Shown here in pieces: positions 47,712 through 58,558 of a stretch of DNA of 64,000 bases. Position numbers and translations under genes: made by a program. This DNA comes from an uncultured Planctomycetia bacterium (GTDB taxonomy: Bacteria; Omnitrophota; Gorgyraeia; Duberdicusellales; 4484-171): positions 135,020-199,019 of the forward strand of contig CAZWON010000001.1 of NCBI GenBank assembly GCA_964635565.1, read 5' to 3'. The notes under the pieces were generated by a model. That model worked only from the letters and a program-made list of their open reading frames with translations. It was not told the origin of the DNA and searched no databases. Each line of letters begins with the position of its first letter. The stretch's first letter is position 1.

Positions 47712-48539
47712 ATGAAAATTTCTTTATATGTAATAGCTTTCAGCATATTCCCCTTAATGGCTTTTCCTCAGCAATCATTAAAAGATGATTTAAGAAAACA
47801 GGCGTGGGAGTATCGGAAGGAAGGTTACCGCTTTCAGTTAAAAGGAGATCTTAAAAAGGCACTGAGCTGCTATCAAAAGGCTACAGAGATTGACCCTCAG
47901 AATGCTGAAGTATATAACGATATAGGTGTAGTATATGAATCCTTAGGGAACACACAAGAGGCTTTAAAGATGTACAAAAAGGCGATAAAGATAGATGCGG
48001 ATTATTTACCTGCCTATACAAATCTTGCTTTGCTTTATGAATCTTTAGGAGATATTAAAAAGGCTACTAAATATTGGATAATAAGGTATCGAAAAGGCGA
48101 CAGAGGAGAATACTGGCGTAATAAAGCAAAAGAAAAACTTCTAAAATTAGGGACATACGAAGAAGTAAAAAAAGATATTCTTGAGAATGAAGCCATTGAT
48201 TTATCGAAGGAGATTATTTATAAAAGAGAACAAGAGCGTTTAAAGAGAACAGAAGAAGCACGTGTGCATCTTGAGATAGGCATTGGTCTTTTTCAGCAGG
48301 AGGATTTTTTCGGAGCCTTGAAAGAGTTAAATACAGCGCTTCGTTTAAAACCTTCCGATGAACATCTTAGAGAACAAATCTATGATTTTTATGTAACTGC
48401 CAAACGCGCTTATACTAAACAGAAAGTTAGGCAATATATAGATGAAGCAATGGGTTATATAGACAAAAATGATTATCTTGCAGCATCAAAAAAGATAGAA
48501 GAGGCTTTATCACTGGTATTTTCCTTCTTAAGAGATTAA
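47712..48539 (+). CDS. Secreted TPR-repeat protein
   Basis: 275 aa; N-terminal signal peptide MKISLYVIAFSIFPLMAFPQ; multiple TPR-like repeats. Confidence 0.7.
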   Translation: MKISLYVIAFSIFPLMAFPQQSLKDDLRKQAWEYRKEGYRFQLKGDLKKALSCYQKATEIDPQNAEVYNDIGVVYESLGNTQEALKMYKKAIKIDADYLPAYTNLALLYESLGDIKKATKYWIIRYRKGDRGEYWRNKAKEKLLKLGTYEEVKKDILENEAIDLSKEIIYKREQERLKRTEEARVHLEIGIGLFQQEDFFGALKELNTALRLKPSDEHLREQIYDFYVTAKRAYTKQKVRQYIDEAMGYIDKNDYLAASKKIEEALSLVFSFLRD

Positions 48540-48577
48540 CCATCCCTATATTTTTATGAACATTTGTTATATCCTCA

Positions 48578-51115
48578 ATGCAAAATAAAATACTTTATCT
48601 GGTCGATGGTAACTCTTTAGTCTACCGCTCTTTTTATGCTTTAAGGCTCTCTACATCTAGTGGTTTTCCTACAGGAGCAATCTATGGATTTTTAAATACT
48701 TTAAAGAAAATAAAAGAGAGGTATCAGCCAGACTATATGGTAATATGTTTTGATGTTTCCCGCAAGACGCACCGCCAAGAAAGATTTAAAGAATATAAGA
48801 TTCAGAGACCCCTTATGCCCGATTCCCTTAAAGTACAAATTCCTATTATAAAAAAATTAATTACCTATTTTGGAATGGAGATTTTGGAAAGAGAAGGATA
48901 TGAAGCAGATGATTTAATTTTTTCTTTAGCAATTAAAGCCTATGAAAATAAGTGGAAAGTCATTGTTGTTACTTCTGATAAAGATATGTATCAGCTAATC
49001 ATAGATGATAATATTTGTATCTATAATCCTTCCAAAGAAGCTGTTTACAATTATAAACGATTTGTAGAAGAATTTGGTTTTTCTCCCCATAACATTATAG
49101 ATTATCTTTCTTTAGTAGGAGATAGCGTAGATAATATTCCCGGAGCTAAGGGTATAGGAAAGGTTAGCGCTGTCAACCTGATAAAGAAATTCGGCACAGT
49201 AGAGGAAATGTTTGCTAATTTAGATAAAATACCACCAAAGATTAGGAATATTCTAGAAAGAAATAAAGAAAATATTTTTTTAAGTAAGGATTTAATTAAA
49301 CTTACTCAGATACAAGATTTTGATTACACTCTTGAGGAATTTAAAATAAAAGCCCCCGATTATGGAAATATACATAGGATATGTAAGAAATTAGAGTTTA
49401 AATCGCTCCTTAAAGGACTTCCTTCAACAGAGCTTAATATTAAAATAAATCTCAAACAGGGTTTATCATCTGATTTTGAGAAAAGAATATTATCAAAGGG
49501 GATATTTTTCCTCTATGCTTTTGAAGAAAAATATTATGTTTTTGACGAGGATAAAGAAATTACATATATATGCAACCTGCAAGAGATAAAAAAGTTTTTA
49601 ATGAGCGAAGAGATAGAAAAAGTATCATATGATTTTAAATACTTATATCACCTTGTTAATGGCGACATTACTGTAAAAAAAGCATGGTTTGATACTAAGA
49701 TAGCTGCTTATCTTCTCGACCCTTCTTTAGGAGATTACTCTTTGGATAATCTCTGTGCACACTTTCTTAATGTATATGTAAAAGAAGTTCCTATTGAATC
49801 ACGGGTGTATTTTATTTTCAAGTTATATAAGCTATTGGCGCCAAAAATAGAAAAAAAGGGGTTGGATGTTTTATTTTTTGAGATAGAAATGCCCCTTATA
49901 GAGGTTATTGCCCAGATGGAAAAGACAGGAGTTACCATTGATAGAAAGGCTTTAGAAGATTTTAACAAAGAAGTGGATAAAAGAATTAAGGATATATCTT
50001 CACAAATATTTAAGATAGCAAATACTGAGTTTAATCTTAATTCTCCCGTCCAGTTGCGTAAAGTTCTATTTGAAGATTTAAAACTTCCTCCTCAGAAAAA
50101 GACCAAAACAGGGTATTCTACAAATGAAGAGGTTTTAAAAAAGCTTTCTCGGGATTATCCTATTGCTAAATTATTTTTGGATTATCGACAATTTAGTAAA
50201 CTGAAGTCTACATATCTTTCTCCTTTTATACAAGGAATAGATATTAATTCTTCAAAAATTTATACTAAATTTAATCAAACAGCTACTCAGACAGGAAGGT
50301 TAAGTTCTCATTCACCTAATTTGCAAAATATACCTATAAAAGAAGATTTTGCTCAACAAGTTAGAAAAGTTTTTGTTCCTTCTTGCAAAGATGGTTGTAT
50401 TTTATCCAGCGATTATTCCCAGATAGAGTTAAGAGTGCTTGCTCATTTCTCGCAAGAAAAGAAATTGATAGAAGCTTTTAATAACAATATAGATATTCAT
50501 GGTTATACTGCGTCTATTCTTTTCTCCAAAGAAACAACTGAGGTTACACAAAAAGATAGGGAAATAGCCAAAAGGGTTAATTTTGGTATTATCTATGGGA
50601 TGAGTTCTTATGGTTTAGCGAAGGAATTGGATATTTCGGAAGAAGAGGCGCGTCAATTTATAGAGAATTATTTTTTACGTTATCCTAAAGTAAAAGATTT
50701 TATAGATAGAGTTATTAGAGAAGCAGAATCTAAAGGTTATGTGAAAACACTTATGGGAAGGATTCGTTATCTTCCCAATATAAATAGTTCTAATTATGAA
50801 TTAAGAGAATTTTCCCGTCGGCAGGCTGTTAATGCTCCCATTCAAGGCACGGCAGCAGATATAATAAAAATGGCAATGGTAGCAATATTCAAAGACTTTA
50901 GGAAAAGCAAGCTTTCTTCTCATCTTATTCTTCAAGTGCATGATGAATTAGTGTTTGATGTGGAGAGGAAAGAGTTAAAAAAAGTAGTTGACATTGTTAA
51001 GGATAATATGGAAAATATTATCAGCCTCAGAGTTCCTCTCATTACAAATCTTAAGATAGGAAGAAATTGGTTGGAACTTAAGCCTTTATTTTCCAATAAT
51101 GAAATTTATGAATAG
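48578..51115 (+). CDS. polA: DNA polymerase I
   Basis: 845 aa; 5'-3' exonuclease domain, central domain and family A polymerase motifs (DYSQIELR, QVHDELVFD). Confidence 0.93.
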   Translation: MQNKILYLVDGNSLVYRSFYALRLSTSSGFPTGAIYGFLNTLKKIKERYQPDYMVICFDVSRKTHRQERFKEYKIQRPLMPDSLKVQIPIIKKLITYFGMEILEREGYEADDLIFSLAIKAYENKWKVIVVTSDKDMYQLIIDDNICIYNPSKEAVYNYKRFVEEFGFSPHNIIDYLSLVGDSVDNIPGAKGIGKVSAVNLIKKFGTVEEMFANLDKIPPKIRNILERNKENIFLSKDLIKLTQIQDFDYTLEEFKIKAPDYGNIHRICKKLEFKSLLKGLPSTELNIKINLKQGLSSDFEKRILSKGIFFLYAFEEKYYVFDEDKEITYICNLQEIKKFLMSEEIEKVSYDFKYLYHLVNGDITVKKAWFDTKIAAYLLDPSLGDYSLDNLCAHFLNVYVKEVPIESRVYFIFKLYKLLAPKIEKKGLDVLFFEIEMPLIEVIAQMEKTGVTIDRKALEDFNKEVDKRIKDISSQIFKIANTEFNLNSPVQLRKVLFEDLKLPPQKKTKTGYSTNEEVLKKLSRDYPIAKLFLDYRQFSKLKSTYLSPFIQGIDINSSKIYTKFNQTATQTGRLSSHSPNLQNIPIKEDFAQQVRKVFVPSCKDGCILSSDYSQIELRVLAHFSQEKKLIEAFNNNIDIHGYTASILFSKETTEVTQKDREIAKRVNFGIIYGMSSYGLAKELDISEEEARQFIENYFLRYPKVKDFIDRVIREAESKGYVKTLMGRIRYLPNINSSNYELREFSRRQAVNAPIQGTAADIIKMAMVAIFKDFRKSKLSSHLILQVHDELVFDVERKELKKVVDIVKDNMENIISLRVPLITNLKIGRNWLELKPLFSNNEIYE

Positions 51116-51127
51116 AAAGAGGGTATA

Positions 51128-52513
51128 ATGAAAGTCGCATTTTGTTCTTCTGAAGTATTTCCTTTTGCTAAAACAGGGGGGTTGGCAGATGTTAGTGGAG
51201 CATTGCCATTGGCATTATCAGAAGAGGGTTGTAAGGTGAAGGTATTTATGCCCTTTTATAAAGGCATTTCTCCTCAGAGGATAGAGGAAGATTTGGGAGT
51301 TACTGTTATAAACAATAACCTGGAGATTATCTTTATCCGCAATGATAATTATTTTATGCGAGAAGGTCTCTACGGTAGTGTGAGAGGAGATTATTCTGAT
51401 AATCTAGAAAGATTTTCTTTTTATAGCAATAAGACAATTGAAGTCTTAAAAAAAATTAATTTTTCTCCTGATATAATACATTGCAATGACTGGCAAGCTT
51501 CTTTGATAGTAATTTATCTTAAGACAAAATTTAAAGATGATAGTTTTTTCTCTCATACAAGAACTATTCAAACTATTCATAACCTTGCCTATCAGGGAGT
51601 TTTTGACAGAGAGAAGTTTTCTTACTTGGGGTTATCTGAGGATTATTTTTCTTTGAAGTATCTTGAGTTTTATGGAAAGATAAACCTTCTTAAAGGAGGA
51701 ATTGTCTTTTCTGATATGGTTAACACAGTAAGTCCTACTTATGCAAGGCAAATCCAGACAAAAGAATATGGGTGCGGTTTAGAAGGTGTATTGCAGGAAA
51801 AAGGAGATAGGTTGATAGGGATTCTTAATGCTATTGATTATAAGGTCTGGAATCCCAGTAATGATAAGTTTATTTATAAGAAATATTCTTTGCCTTCCTT
51901 AGAGGATAAATATATTAATAAGAGAGAATTCCAGAGAGAGTTTGGACTGAAGATAAAAAAAGGAGAGTTTCTTTTAGGAATGGTTTCAAGGTTGGCTGAA
52001 CAAAAAGGTATTGATATTTTATCTCAGTCTTTAAATTATATTCTAAAAAAATATCAAGTGGTAATTTTAGGCACAGGTGAGGAGAAATATCACAGGATTC
52101 TTAAGGTAAAAGAAAAGAAATATAAAAATAATTTTTCACTTAATTTAAAGTTCGATGAAGCTTTAGCTCACAAAATTTATGCGAGTTGTGATGCTTTTCT
52201 TATGCCCTCTCGTTTTGAACCTTGTGGTTTATCTCAGATGATTAGTTATAAATATGCAACAGTTCCCATTGTTCATCGCACAGGTGGTCTAAGTGATACA
52301 GTGGTAGATTATGAAGATAAAGGAGGAGGATTTGTTTTTACAGAATATTCTCCGAAAGCACTAATTAAGGCAGTTAATAGAGCCTATAAAGTCTTTTGTG
52401 ATAGAGAAAAGTGGTTACCTTTATTAAAGGAAATTTCCTCTTATAGCTTCTCATGGAGAGATTCTGCAAAGAACTATATAAGTATGTATAAAAGATGCCA
52501 GTCATTGCTGTAA
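51128..52513 (+). CDS. glgA: Glycogen synthase (ADP-glucose type)
   Basis: 461 aa; N-terminal KTGGLADV motif and GT-B fold. Confidence 0.88.
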   Translation: MKVAFCSSEVFPFAKTGGLADVSGALPLALSEEGCKVKVFMPFYKGISPQRIEEDLGVTVINNNLEIIFIRNDNYFMREGLYGSVRGDYSDNLERFSFYSNKTIEVLKKINFSPDIIHCNDWQASLIVIYLKTKFKDDSFFSHTRTIQTIHNLAYQGVFDREKFSYLGLSEDYFSLKYLEFYGKINLLKGGIVFSDMVNTVSPTYARQIQTKEYGCGLEGVLQEKGDRLIGILNAIDYKVWNPSNDKFIYKKYSLPSLEDKYINKREFQREFGLKIKKGEFLLGMVSRLAEQKGIDILSQSLNYILKKYQVVILGTGEEKYHRILKVKEKKYKNNFSLNLKFDEALAHKIYASCDAFLMPSRFEPCGLSQMISYKYATVPIVHRTGGLSDTVVDYEDKGGGFVFTEYSPKALIKAVNRAYKVFCDREKWLPLLKEISSYSFSWRDSAKNYISMYKRCQSLL

Positions 52514-53088
52514 CGGGTGAGCTTTGCAGTGGCAAGAGTGCAGTGTTGAAATTTTTACAGAAGAAAGGAGCGAAAACTTTTTCTTCTGATAGATTGGTGC
52601 ATACTTACTATAAAGATAAAAATAGCCTTATATATAGAAGAATAAAGCAATGTTTCCCTAATGTTTTTAATTGTAAAGGGGTACTTCTAAGGAGTAAATT
52701 AGCAGAGGTTGTTTTTTCTGATATCCGATATCTAAGAAAGTTAGAAGAAATCGTCCACCCTTTAATAATAAGAGATTTAAGAAAATGGGTTTTTTCTAAT
52801 AAGGCTCATAAGGGAATATATGTAGCAGAAGTACCTTTACTGTTTGAGAGGCAGTTAGAGAAGATATTTGATATTATAATCCTTGTTTATGCTTCTAAAT
52901 CTACGCTTATTAAGCGGATAAAAAAGAAATTTAAAATATCGTATAGAGAAGCAGAACAAAGATTGGGTCATTTTATACCTGTAGATAAAAAAAGAAAAAA
53001 TGTTGATTTTGTAATCAACAATAATTCTAATCTAAAAAAATTAGAAAGGAAGGTAGAGTTGATATGGGGAAGATTAAGAAGGGGGTAA
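52495..53088 (+). CDS. coaE: Dephospho-CoA kinase
   Basis: 197 aa; P-loop GELCSGKS; CoaE-like length and sequence. Confidence 0.85.
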   Translation: MPVIAVTGELCSGKSAVLKFLQKKGAKTFSSDRLVHTYYKDKNSLIYRRIKQCFPNVFNCKGVLLRSKLAEVVFSDIRYLRKLEEIVHPLIIRDLRKWVFSNKAHKGIYVAEVPLLFERQLEKIFDIIILVYASKSTLIKRIKKKFKISYREAEQRLGHFIPVDKKRKNVDFVINNNSNLKKLERKVELIWGRLRRG

Positions 53089-53090
53089 CG

Positions 53091-54341
53091 ATGGATATAG
53101 GCACTCTTAAGGATATGAAGATATCCGAGCTGTCCAAAGTTGCGAAGGAGATGAAGATAAATGGAATAAGTGGGGTAAAAAAACAAGACTTAATCTTTAG
53201 GATTCTTCAAGCACAGGCAGAAAAAGAGGGTCTTATGTTTGGAGAAGGGGTTATAGAGATTCTTCCCGAAGGGTTTGGTTTTTTACGTTCCTCCAATTAC
53301 AATTATCTTCCCTCTCCTGATGATATATATGTTTCTCCTTCGCAGATAAGGAAGTTTACTCTGCGCACCGGAGATACCGTAAGCGGCCAAATCCGACCCC
53401 CTAAAGAGAATGAAAAATACTTTGCTCTTCTTAAGGTAGAGGCAGTAAATTTTGAAGACCCCGAGAAAGCACGAAATAGAGTACTGTTTGATAATCTTAC
53501 TCCTACATATCCCAAAAGTAGGTTCATATTAGAGACTACACATGAAGAGACTTCTACAAGAGTAATTGATTTATTGTGTCCTATAGGTAAAGGTCAAAGG
53601 GGTTTAATAGTAGCCCCTCCTTATAGCGGTAAGACTGTTCTTTTACAGAAGACAGCTAATGCCATAATGAAGAATTATCCTGAGGTGGTATTGATAGTAT
53701 TGCTTATTGATGAGCGGCCTGAAGAAGTAACAGAAATGAAGAATATTGTTAAAGGTGAGGTTGTAAGCTCTACTTTTGATGAACCTGCTCAGCGGCATGT
53801 TCAGGTTGCAGAGATGGTTTTAGAAAAAGCTAAACGACTTGTTGAACATAAAAAAGATGTTGTTATTCTTCTTGATAGTATTACCCGTTTAGCACGTGCT
53901 TATAACTTAGTGGAACCACACTCAGGAAGAATTTTATCAGGGGGTATAGACTCTAATGCTCTTCATAAACCTAAACGTTTCTTTGGAACAGCAAGGGCTT
54001 TAGAAGAAGGAGGGTCTTTAACTATAATTGCAACTGCTTTAGTTGATACTGGTTCAAGGATGGACGATGTTATTTTTGAGGAATTTAAAGGTACAGGAAA
54101 TATGGAGATTACTTTGGATAGAAATATATTCCAGCGCCGAATTTACCCTTCAATTGATATTAAAAGGTCTAATACCCGCCGGGAAGAACTTTTGCTTCAT
54201 CCTGATGAATTGCAGAGAATATGGATTTTAAGAAAAGCACTGAATGAATTAAGCTCTGTAGAGGCTTTAGAGTTGCTTATTGAGAAACTTTCCAAGACAA
54301 AGAATAATGTTGAATTTTTACTTACCCTCAATAAAACCTAA
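53091..54341 (+). CDS. rho: Transcription termination factor Rho
   Basis: The ATG at 53091 gives a 416-aa protein colinear with E. coli Rho from residue 1 (SELSKVA...[11 protein letters not shown]; RNA-binding SPSQIRKF; Walker A PPYSGKT; Q- and R-loops). The track start at 53064 would overlap coaE. Confidence 0.92.
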   Translation: MDIGTLKDMKISELSKVAKEMKINGISGVKKQDLIFRILQAQAEKEGLMFGEGVIEILPEGFGFLRSSNYNYLPSPDDIYVSPSQIRKFTLRTGDTVSGQIRPPKENEKYFALLKVEAVNFEDPEKARNRVLFDNLTPTYPKSRFILETTHEETSTRVIDLLCPIGKGQRGLIVAPPYSGKTVLLQKTANAIMKNYPEVVLIVLLIDERPEEVTEMKNIVKGEVVSSTFDEPAQRHVQVAEMVLEKAKRLVEHKKDVVILLDSITRLARAYNLVEPHSGRILSGGIDSNALHKPKRFFGTARALEEGGSLTIIATALVDTGSRMDDVIFEEFKGTGNMEITLDRNIFQRRIYPSIDIKRSNTRREELLLHPDELQRIWILRKALNELSSVEALELLIEKLSKTKNNVEFLLTLNKT

Positions 54342-54538
54342 GAGAGATAATCGAAGCGGTTTTTTATAATTGTTAAAAGAAATATATAAATATCCAATTT
54401 TCGCTAAAGAGAGATTGCGTAAATTAGCGGTTAAACATTAATTTGTTTAAAATTTAGAAATTAGGATTATGATATACGAGCAAATGCAATGTTAGAGGTT
54501 TGAAGCTTATTAAGTTAATTATAAGGAGGTGTGGAGCA

Positions 54539-54739
54539 ATGAAAAAAGAAGGGCACCCTAAATATGAGTTTGCCACTATAATGTGTGCTTGCGGGAATGT
54601 GATTCATACTCGTTCTACTAAAAAGACCATTAATGTAGAGATATGCTCTAAATGCCATCCCTTTTTTACGGGCAGACAAAAGTTTGTCGATTCTGAAGGA
54701 CGAGTTGAAAAATTTATGAAAAAATATGGTAAGAAATAA
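54539..54739 (+). CDS. rpmE: 50S ribosomal protein L31 (zinc-binding form)
   Basis: ATG at 54539 preceded by AGGAGGTG. The 66-aa product MKKEGHPKY...CACGN...[10 protein letters not shown] matches L31 C+ form. The longer track ORF from 54500 is rejected. Confidence 0.88.
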   Translation: MKKEGHPKYEFATIMCACGNVIHTRSTKKTINVEICSKCHPFFTGRQKFVDSEGRVEKFMKKYGKK

Positions 54740-54823
54740 ATATCCAATGGAATATATGGGTAGAGCTTTATTAAATAGAATAAAAGTGTAAAGATAATTT
54801 TATTTAATATTTAAATATTTAGA

Positions 54824-55897
54824 ATGATAGATTATAGGAAATTAAAAGAAGAGTATGAGGCGGTCTCTAAAAGACTTTCTTCGCCAGATATTTATAATGA
54901 TCGCCAGCATTATCAAAACCTTACCAAAAGATTTTCTTTTTTAGAAAGGGTGATAAAAAAAATAAAGATATACGAGAAATATTTAAAAGAGAAAGAGCAA
55001 CTTAAAACCATTGTTAATAATCCTACAGAAGATAGTGAGATACAAGGCTTAGCAAAGGAAGAACTTATTGAGACTGAGGAGAAAGTTAAACGAATGGAAG
55101 AAGAAATTGAAGAAATGGTTTTTGAAGAAAATATTTCGCCTGATAGAGATGTAATTGTTGAGATAAGAGCTGCAGCAGGAGGAGAAGAAGCTGCTCTTTT
55201 TGCTTCTGACCTTTTTAAAATGTATTCTAAATATATAGAGAAAAAAGGGTGGAAATTGGAAATATTAAGTTCTCATTTAACAGAAATTGGAGGAATAAAG
55301 GAGATAATTTTTTCTGTTAAAGGCAAAAGATGTTATTCTCATCTTAAATTTGAAAGTGGCGTCCATAGAGTCCAGCGTGTGCCTGTTACAGAATCAGGAG
55401 GTAGAATTCATACCTCAACTGCAACAGTAGCAGTTTTAGTTGAACCTAAGAGCATAGAGCTTAATATAGATCCCAGTGATTTAAAAATAGATACTTTTAG
55501 AGCTTCAGGGCATGGAGGTCAGCATGTTAATAGAACAGATTCTGCAGTAAGGATAACACATCTACCTACAGGAATTACTGTAAGCTGTCAGGACGAGCGT
55601 TCCCAAATAAAAAACCGAGATAAGGCAATGCGGGTATTAAAAGCTCGTCTTTTGGATAAGATACAAAGGGAAGAGGAAAGCAAAATATCTCGTCAAAGGC
55701 GAATTCAAATAGGTAGTGGTGAGCGGAGCGAAAAAATTCGTACTTATAATTTTCCTGAAAGAAGAGTCACTGAGCATAGAATAAATTTGACCCTTTATAG
55801 GTTAGAGGATATTTTAGAGGGGAATCTTGATGAGATTATTAAAAATTTGATTAAAGAAGAAAGAAAGAAAATACATGAAGCTAAAAGATTGGATTAA
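54824..55897 (+). CDS. prfA: Peptide chain release factor 1
   Basis: 357 aa; GGQ motif (GHGGQHVNRTDSAV) and the RF1-specific P-V-T tripeptide; no frameshift site. Confidence 0.92.
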   Translation: MIDYRKLKEEYEAVSKRLSSPDIYNDRQHYQNLTKRFSFLERVIKKIKIYEKYLKEKEQLKTIVNNPTEDSEIQGLAKEELIETEEKVKRMEEEIEEMVFEENISPDRDVIVEIRAAAGGEEAALFASDLFKMYSKYIEKKGWKLEILSSHLTEIGGIKEIIFSVKGKRCYSHLKFESGVHRVQRVPVTESGGRIHTSTATVAVLVEPKSIELNIDPSDLKIDTFRASGHGGQHVNRTDSAVRITHLPTGITVSCQDERSQIKNRDKAMRVLKARLLDKIQREEESKISRQRRIQIGSGERSEKIRTYNFPERRVTEHRINLTLYRLEDILEGNLDEIIKNLIKEERKKIHEAKRLD

Positions 55898-56681
55898 TAA
55901 GAATCAATCTGTATTTATACAGCGGGATTTAAATTTAATCTTGCATTCTTTTTTTTCACAAAAAAGATATTATTTTATTGAGGATTATACTCCCACCTCT
56001 TATCAGATGCAGTATCTTAAGATACTAAAAGAGGCTTATTGTAAAGGATGGCCTTTACCTTATCTCATCAGAAAAGAGGAATTTTTTGGCTTTAGATTTT
56101 TTGTTAAGCGTGGCATATTCATCCCTCGTCCTGAAACAGAAATCATAGTAGAGAAAGCCTTAGAGATTATAAATCGGAATAGAATGAAAAGAATATTAGA
56201 TTTATGCTGCGGAAGTTGTTGTATAGCAATTACCCTTAGAAAAAAAACTCATAAGAATAGTATTGTATATGCTTCGGATATAGATGAGGAAGCTTTGAGA
56301 GTAAGTAGAGAAAATATAAGGTTACATAAGGTTAAGATACATCTGGTTAGAAGTGATTTATTTTCTGCATTTAAAGGAAAAACTTTTGATGTGATTGTTT
56401 CCAATCCTCCTTATGTAGAAAGTGGACAAATAAAAGGCACCTTACATTTTGAACCATTGAAGGCATTAGATGGGGGAAAGAATGGTTTGTTTTTTATTTA
56501 TAAGATATTGAAAAAAGCGCCTTTTTATTTAAAAAGAGGCGGTTGCTTGATTTTAGAGATGGGATATAATCATAAAGATAGAGTCGATAAAAAGTTGAAA
56601 GATGAGGGTAAATTTACAGTAAAAGAATGGATAGAAGACTATTCTGGATTTACAAGAGGGGTTGTTCTTCAGTTAAATTAG
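55875..56681 (+). CDS. prmC: Release factor glutamine N5-methyltransferase
   Basis: 268 aa; SAM-binding fold with NPPY motif (SNPPYV); follows prfA. Confidence 0.85.
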   Translation: MKLKDWINKNQSVFIQRDLNLILHSFFSQKRYYFIEDYTPTSYQMQYLKILKEAYCKGWPLPYLIRKEEFFGFRFFVKRGIFIPRPETEIIVEKALEIINRNRMKRILDLCCGSCCIAITLRKKTHKNSIVYASDIDEEALRVSRENIRLHKVKIHLVRSDLFSAFKGKTFDVIVSNPPYVESGQIKGTLHFEPLKALDGGKNGLFFIYKILKKAPFYLKRGGCLILEMGYNHKDRVDKKLKDEGKFTVKEWIEDYSGFTRGVVLQLN

Positions 56682-56685
56682 ACCT

Positions 56686-57942
56686 ATGGAAAAATTTGTT
56701 ATCTATAAGTCATCTTTAAAAGGCCAAGTAAAAGTAAGTGGTTCGAAGAATGCCTCTTTACCTATTATTGCTGCTACCCTTCTTACAGATGAGAAATGTA
56801 ATATTTATGGTGTTCCTGATTTGATAGATGTAAAGACAATGATTAAGATATTGGAAGTGTTAGGTAAGGAAGTTAAGTTCCATAAAGGGAGAGTAACAGT
56901 AAAGACGAAGAAAAGAGGAAGTTATGTAGCTCCTTACCGTTTAGTACGCACGATGAGAGCTTCTTTTTGTGTATTAGGTCCTCTATTGGCAATAAGAAAA
57001 AAAGCGAAAGTTTCTTTACCCGGCGGATGCGTGATTGGTATAAGGCCAGTAGATTTACATCTTAAAGGATTAAAAGAATTGGGAGCGAAAATTGTTATTG
57101 ATAGAGGATATTGTTTAGGTGAAGCCAAAATACTTGTAGGGAGACATATTTTTTTAGGAGGGCATTTTGGTTCGTCGGTTCTAGCAACCGCGAATGTCCT
57201 TATGGCAGCAACTTTGGCAAAAGGAGAAACAATTATTGAATCTGCTGCTTGCGAACCCGAAATAGTAAATTTAGCTATGTTTTTGAAGAAGATGGGGGCA
57301 CATATTGAAGGAGAAGGCACACCTTTAATAAGAGTAAGAGGAGTAAAAAACTTAGGGGGAGCTGACTTTAAAGTGATTCCCGATAGAATTGAGGCAGGTA
57401 CTTATATTGCTACTGCTTTGGCAACTCATTCTAATATAACTATTTTGGGAGTAAATTCTTCTCACCTTATGTGTGTTATAGAGACAGCAAAAAAAATGGG
57501 AGCAAAGATTTTAATTGATGATTCTAAGTTACATATAACACCTTCTGCCGTCATAAATCCTTTAAATATTACTACCTTAGCATACCCGGGGTTTCCCACA
57601 GATTTACAAGCGCAGTTTATGGTTTGTCTGTCTTTAGCGAAAGGAGTTTCTTTGATAACAGAGAAGGTTTATCCTGATAGATTTATGCATGTTGCTGAGC
57701 TTAATCGTATGGGAGCCCATATTCAAAGAAGTGGTCCTTATGCAATTATTGAAGGAGTAAATAGCCTTTATGGGGCAGAAGTAATGGCTTCTGATTTGAG
57801 AGCTTCTGCAGCACTGGTCATTGCTGGTTTGGTGGCAAGAGGTAAAACAGAAGTGTTAAGAGTTTATCATCTTGATAGAGGGTATGAAAAGTTAGAAGAT
57901 AAATTAGCTAAATTAGGCGCAAAAATAACACGGAGAAAATGA
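56686..57942 (+). CDS. murA: UDP-N-acetylglucosamine 1-carboxyvinyltransferase
   Basis: 418 aa; EPSP-synthase fold; catalytic Cys region (LPGGCVIGIRPVDLH). Confidence 0.92.
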   Translation: MEKFVIYKSSLKGQVKVSGSKNASLPIIAATLLTDEKCNIYGVPDLIDVKTMIKILEVLGKEVKFHKGRVTVKTKKRGSYVAPYRLVRTMRASFCVLGPLLAIRKKAKVSLPGGCVIGIRPVDLHLKGLKELGAKIVIDRGYCLGEAKILVGRHIFLGGHFGSSVLATANVLMAATLAKGETIIESAACEPEIVNLAMFLKKMGAHIEGEGTPLIRVRGVKNLGGADFKVIPDRIEAGTYIATALATHSNITILGVNSSHLMCVIETAKKMGAKILIDDSKLHITPSAVINPLNITTLAYPGFPTDLQAQFMVCLSLAKGVSLITEKVYPDRFMHVAELNRMGAHIQRSGPYAIIEGVNSLYGAEVMASDLRASAALVIAGLVARGKTEVLRVYHLDRGYEKLEDKLAKLGAKITRRK

Positions 57943-57970
57943 TTATAGAAAGAGGAGAATAATTTATGGT

Positions 57971-58558
57971 GTGGGAGTATATATTATGAGAAGGATTCTT
58001 ATAATAGATAATTATGATTCTTTTACCTATAATCTTGTTCAGTATTTTGGAGAGCTAAAAGCAGAAACAATTGTATTTAGAAGTGACAAAATTGATATAA
58101 AAACTGCAAGAAGACTTAATGTTGAAAGGATAGTTATTTCTCCAGGGCCAGGGCGTCCTCAGACCCAGGGCAAAGTAAGTTGTGGGATAATTAGTGAGTT
58201 TTATAAAAAAATTCCTATTTTAGGAGTATGTTTAGGACATCAGTGTATTGGTTATGTATTTGGAGCAAAAATAATCAAAGCACCGATACTTATGCATGGC
58301 AAGAGTTCGCTAATTTATCACAATAAGAAGGATATTTTTAAAAATCTACCCAATCCTTTTTCTGCTGTTAGATACCACTCTTTAATAATCGATAGGAAGA
58401 CCTTACCATTTAATTTAATAGTGAATGCTACGACAAAAGATGGTATAATAATGGGGGTTAGGGAGAAAAGATATCCTTTGTTTGGAGTGCAGTTTCATCC
58501 TGAATCAATTTTAACTATAGAAGGTAAGAAACTATTGGATAATTTTTTGTCATTATGA
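57971..58558 (+). CDS. trpG: Anthranilate synthase component II / glutamine amidotransferase
   Basis: 195 aa; class I GATase with catalytic GVCLGHQ and HPES. GTG start with AGGAGA RBS; alternative ATG at 57986. Confidence 0.85.
   Translation: MGVYIMRRILIIDNYDSFTYNLVQYFGELKAETIVFRSDKIDIKTARRLNVERIVISPGPGRPQTQGKVSCGIISEFYKKIPILGVCLGHQCIGYVFGAKIIKAPILMHGKSSLIYHNKKDIFKNLPNPFSAVRYHSLIIDRKTLPFNLIVNATTKDGIIMGVREKRYPLFGVQFHPESILTIEGKKLLDNFLSL

Noticed and set aside
54824-55897. Programmed +1 frameshift site expected if this release factor were RF2
   Set aside because: The protein has the RF1-specific P-V-T tripeptide and a single continuous frame, so it is prfA and no frameshift is expected or seen.
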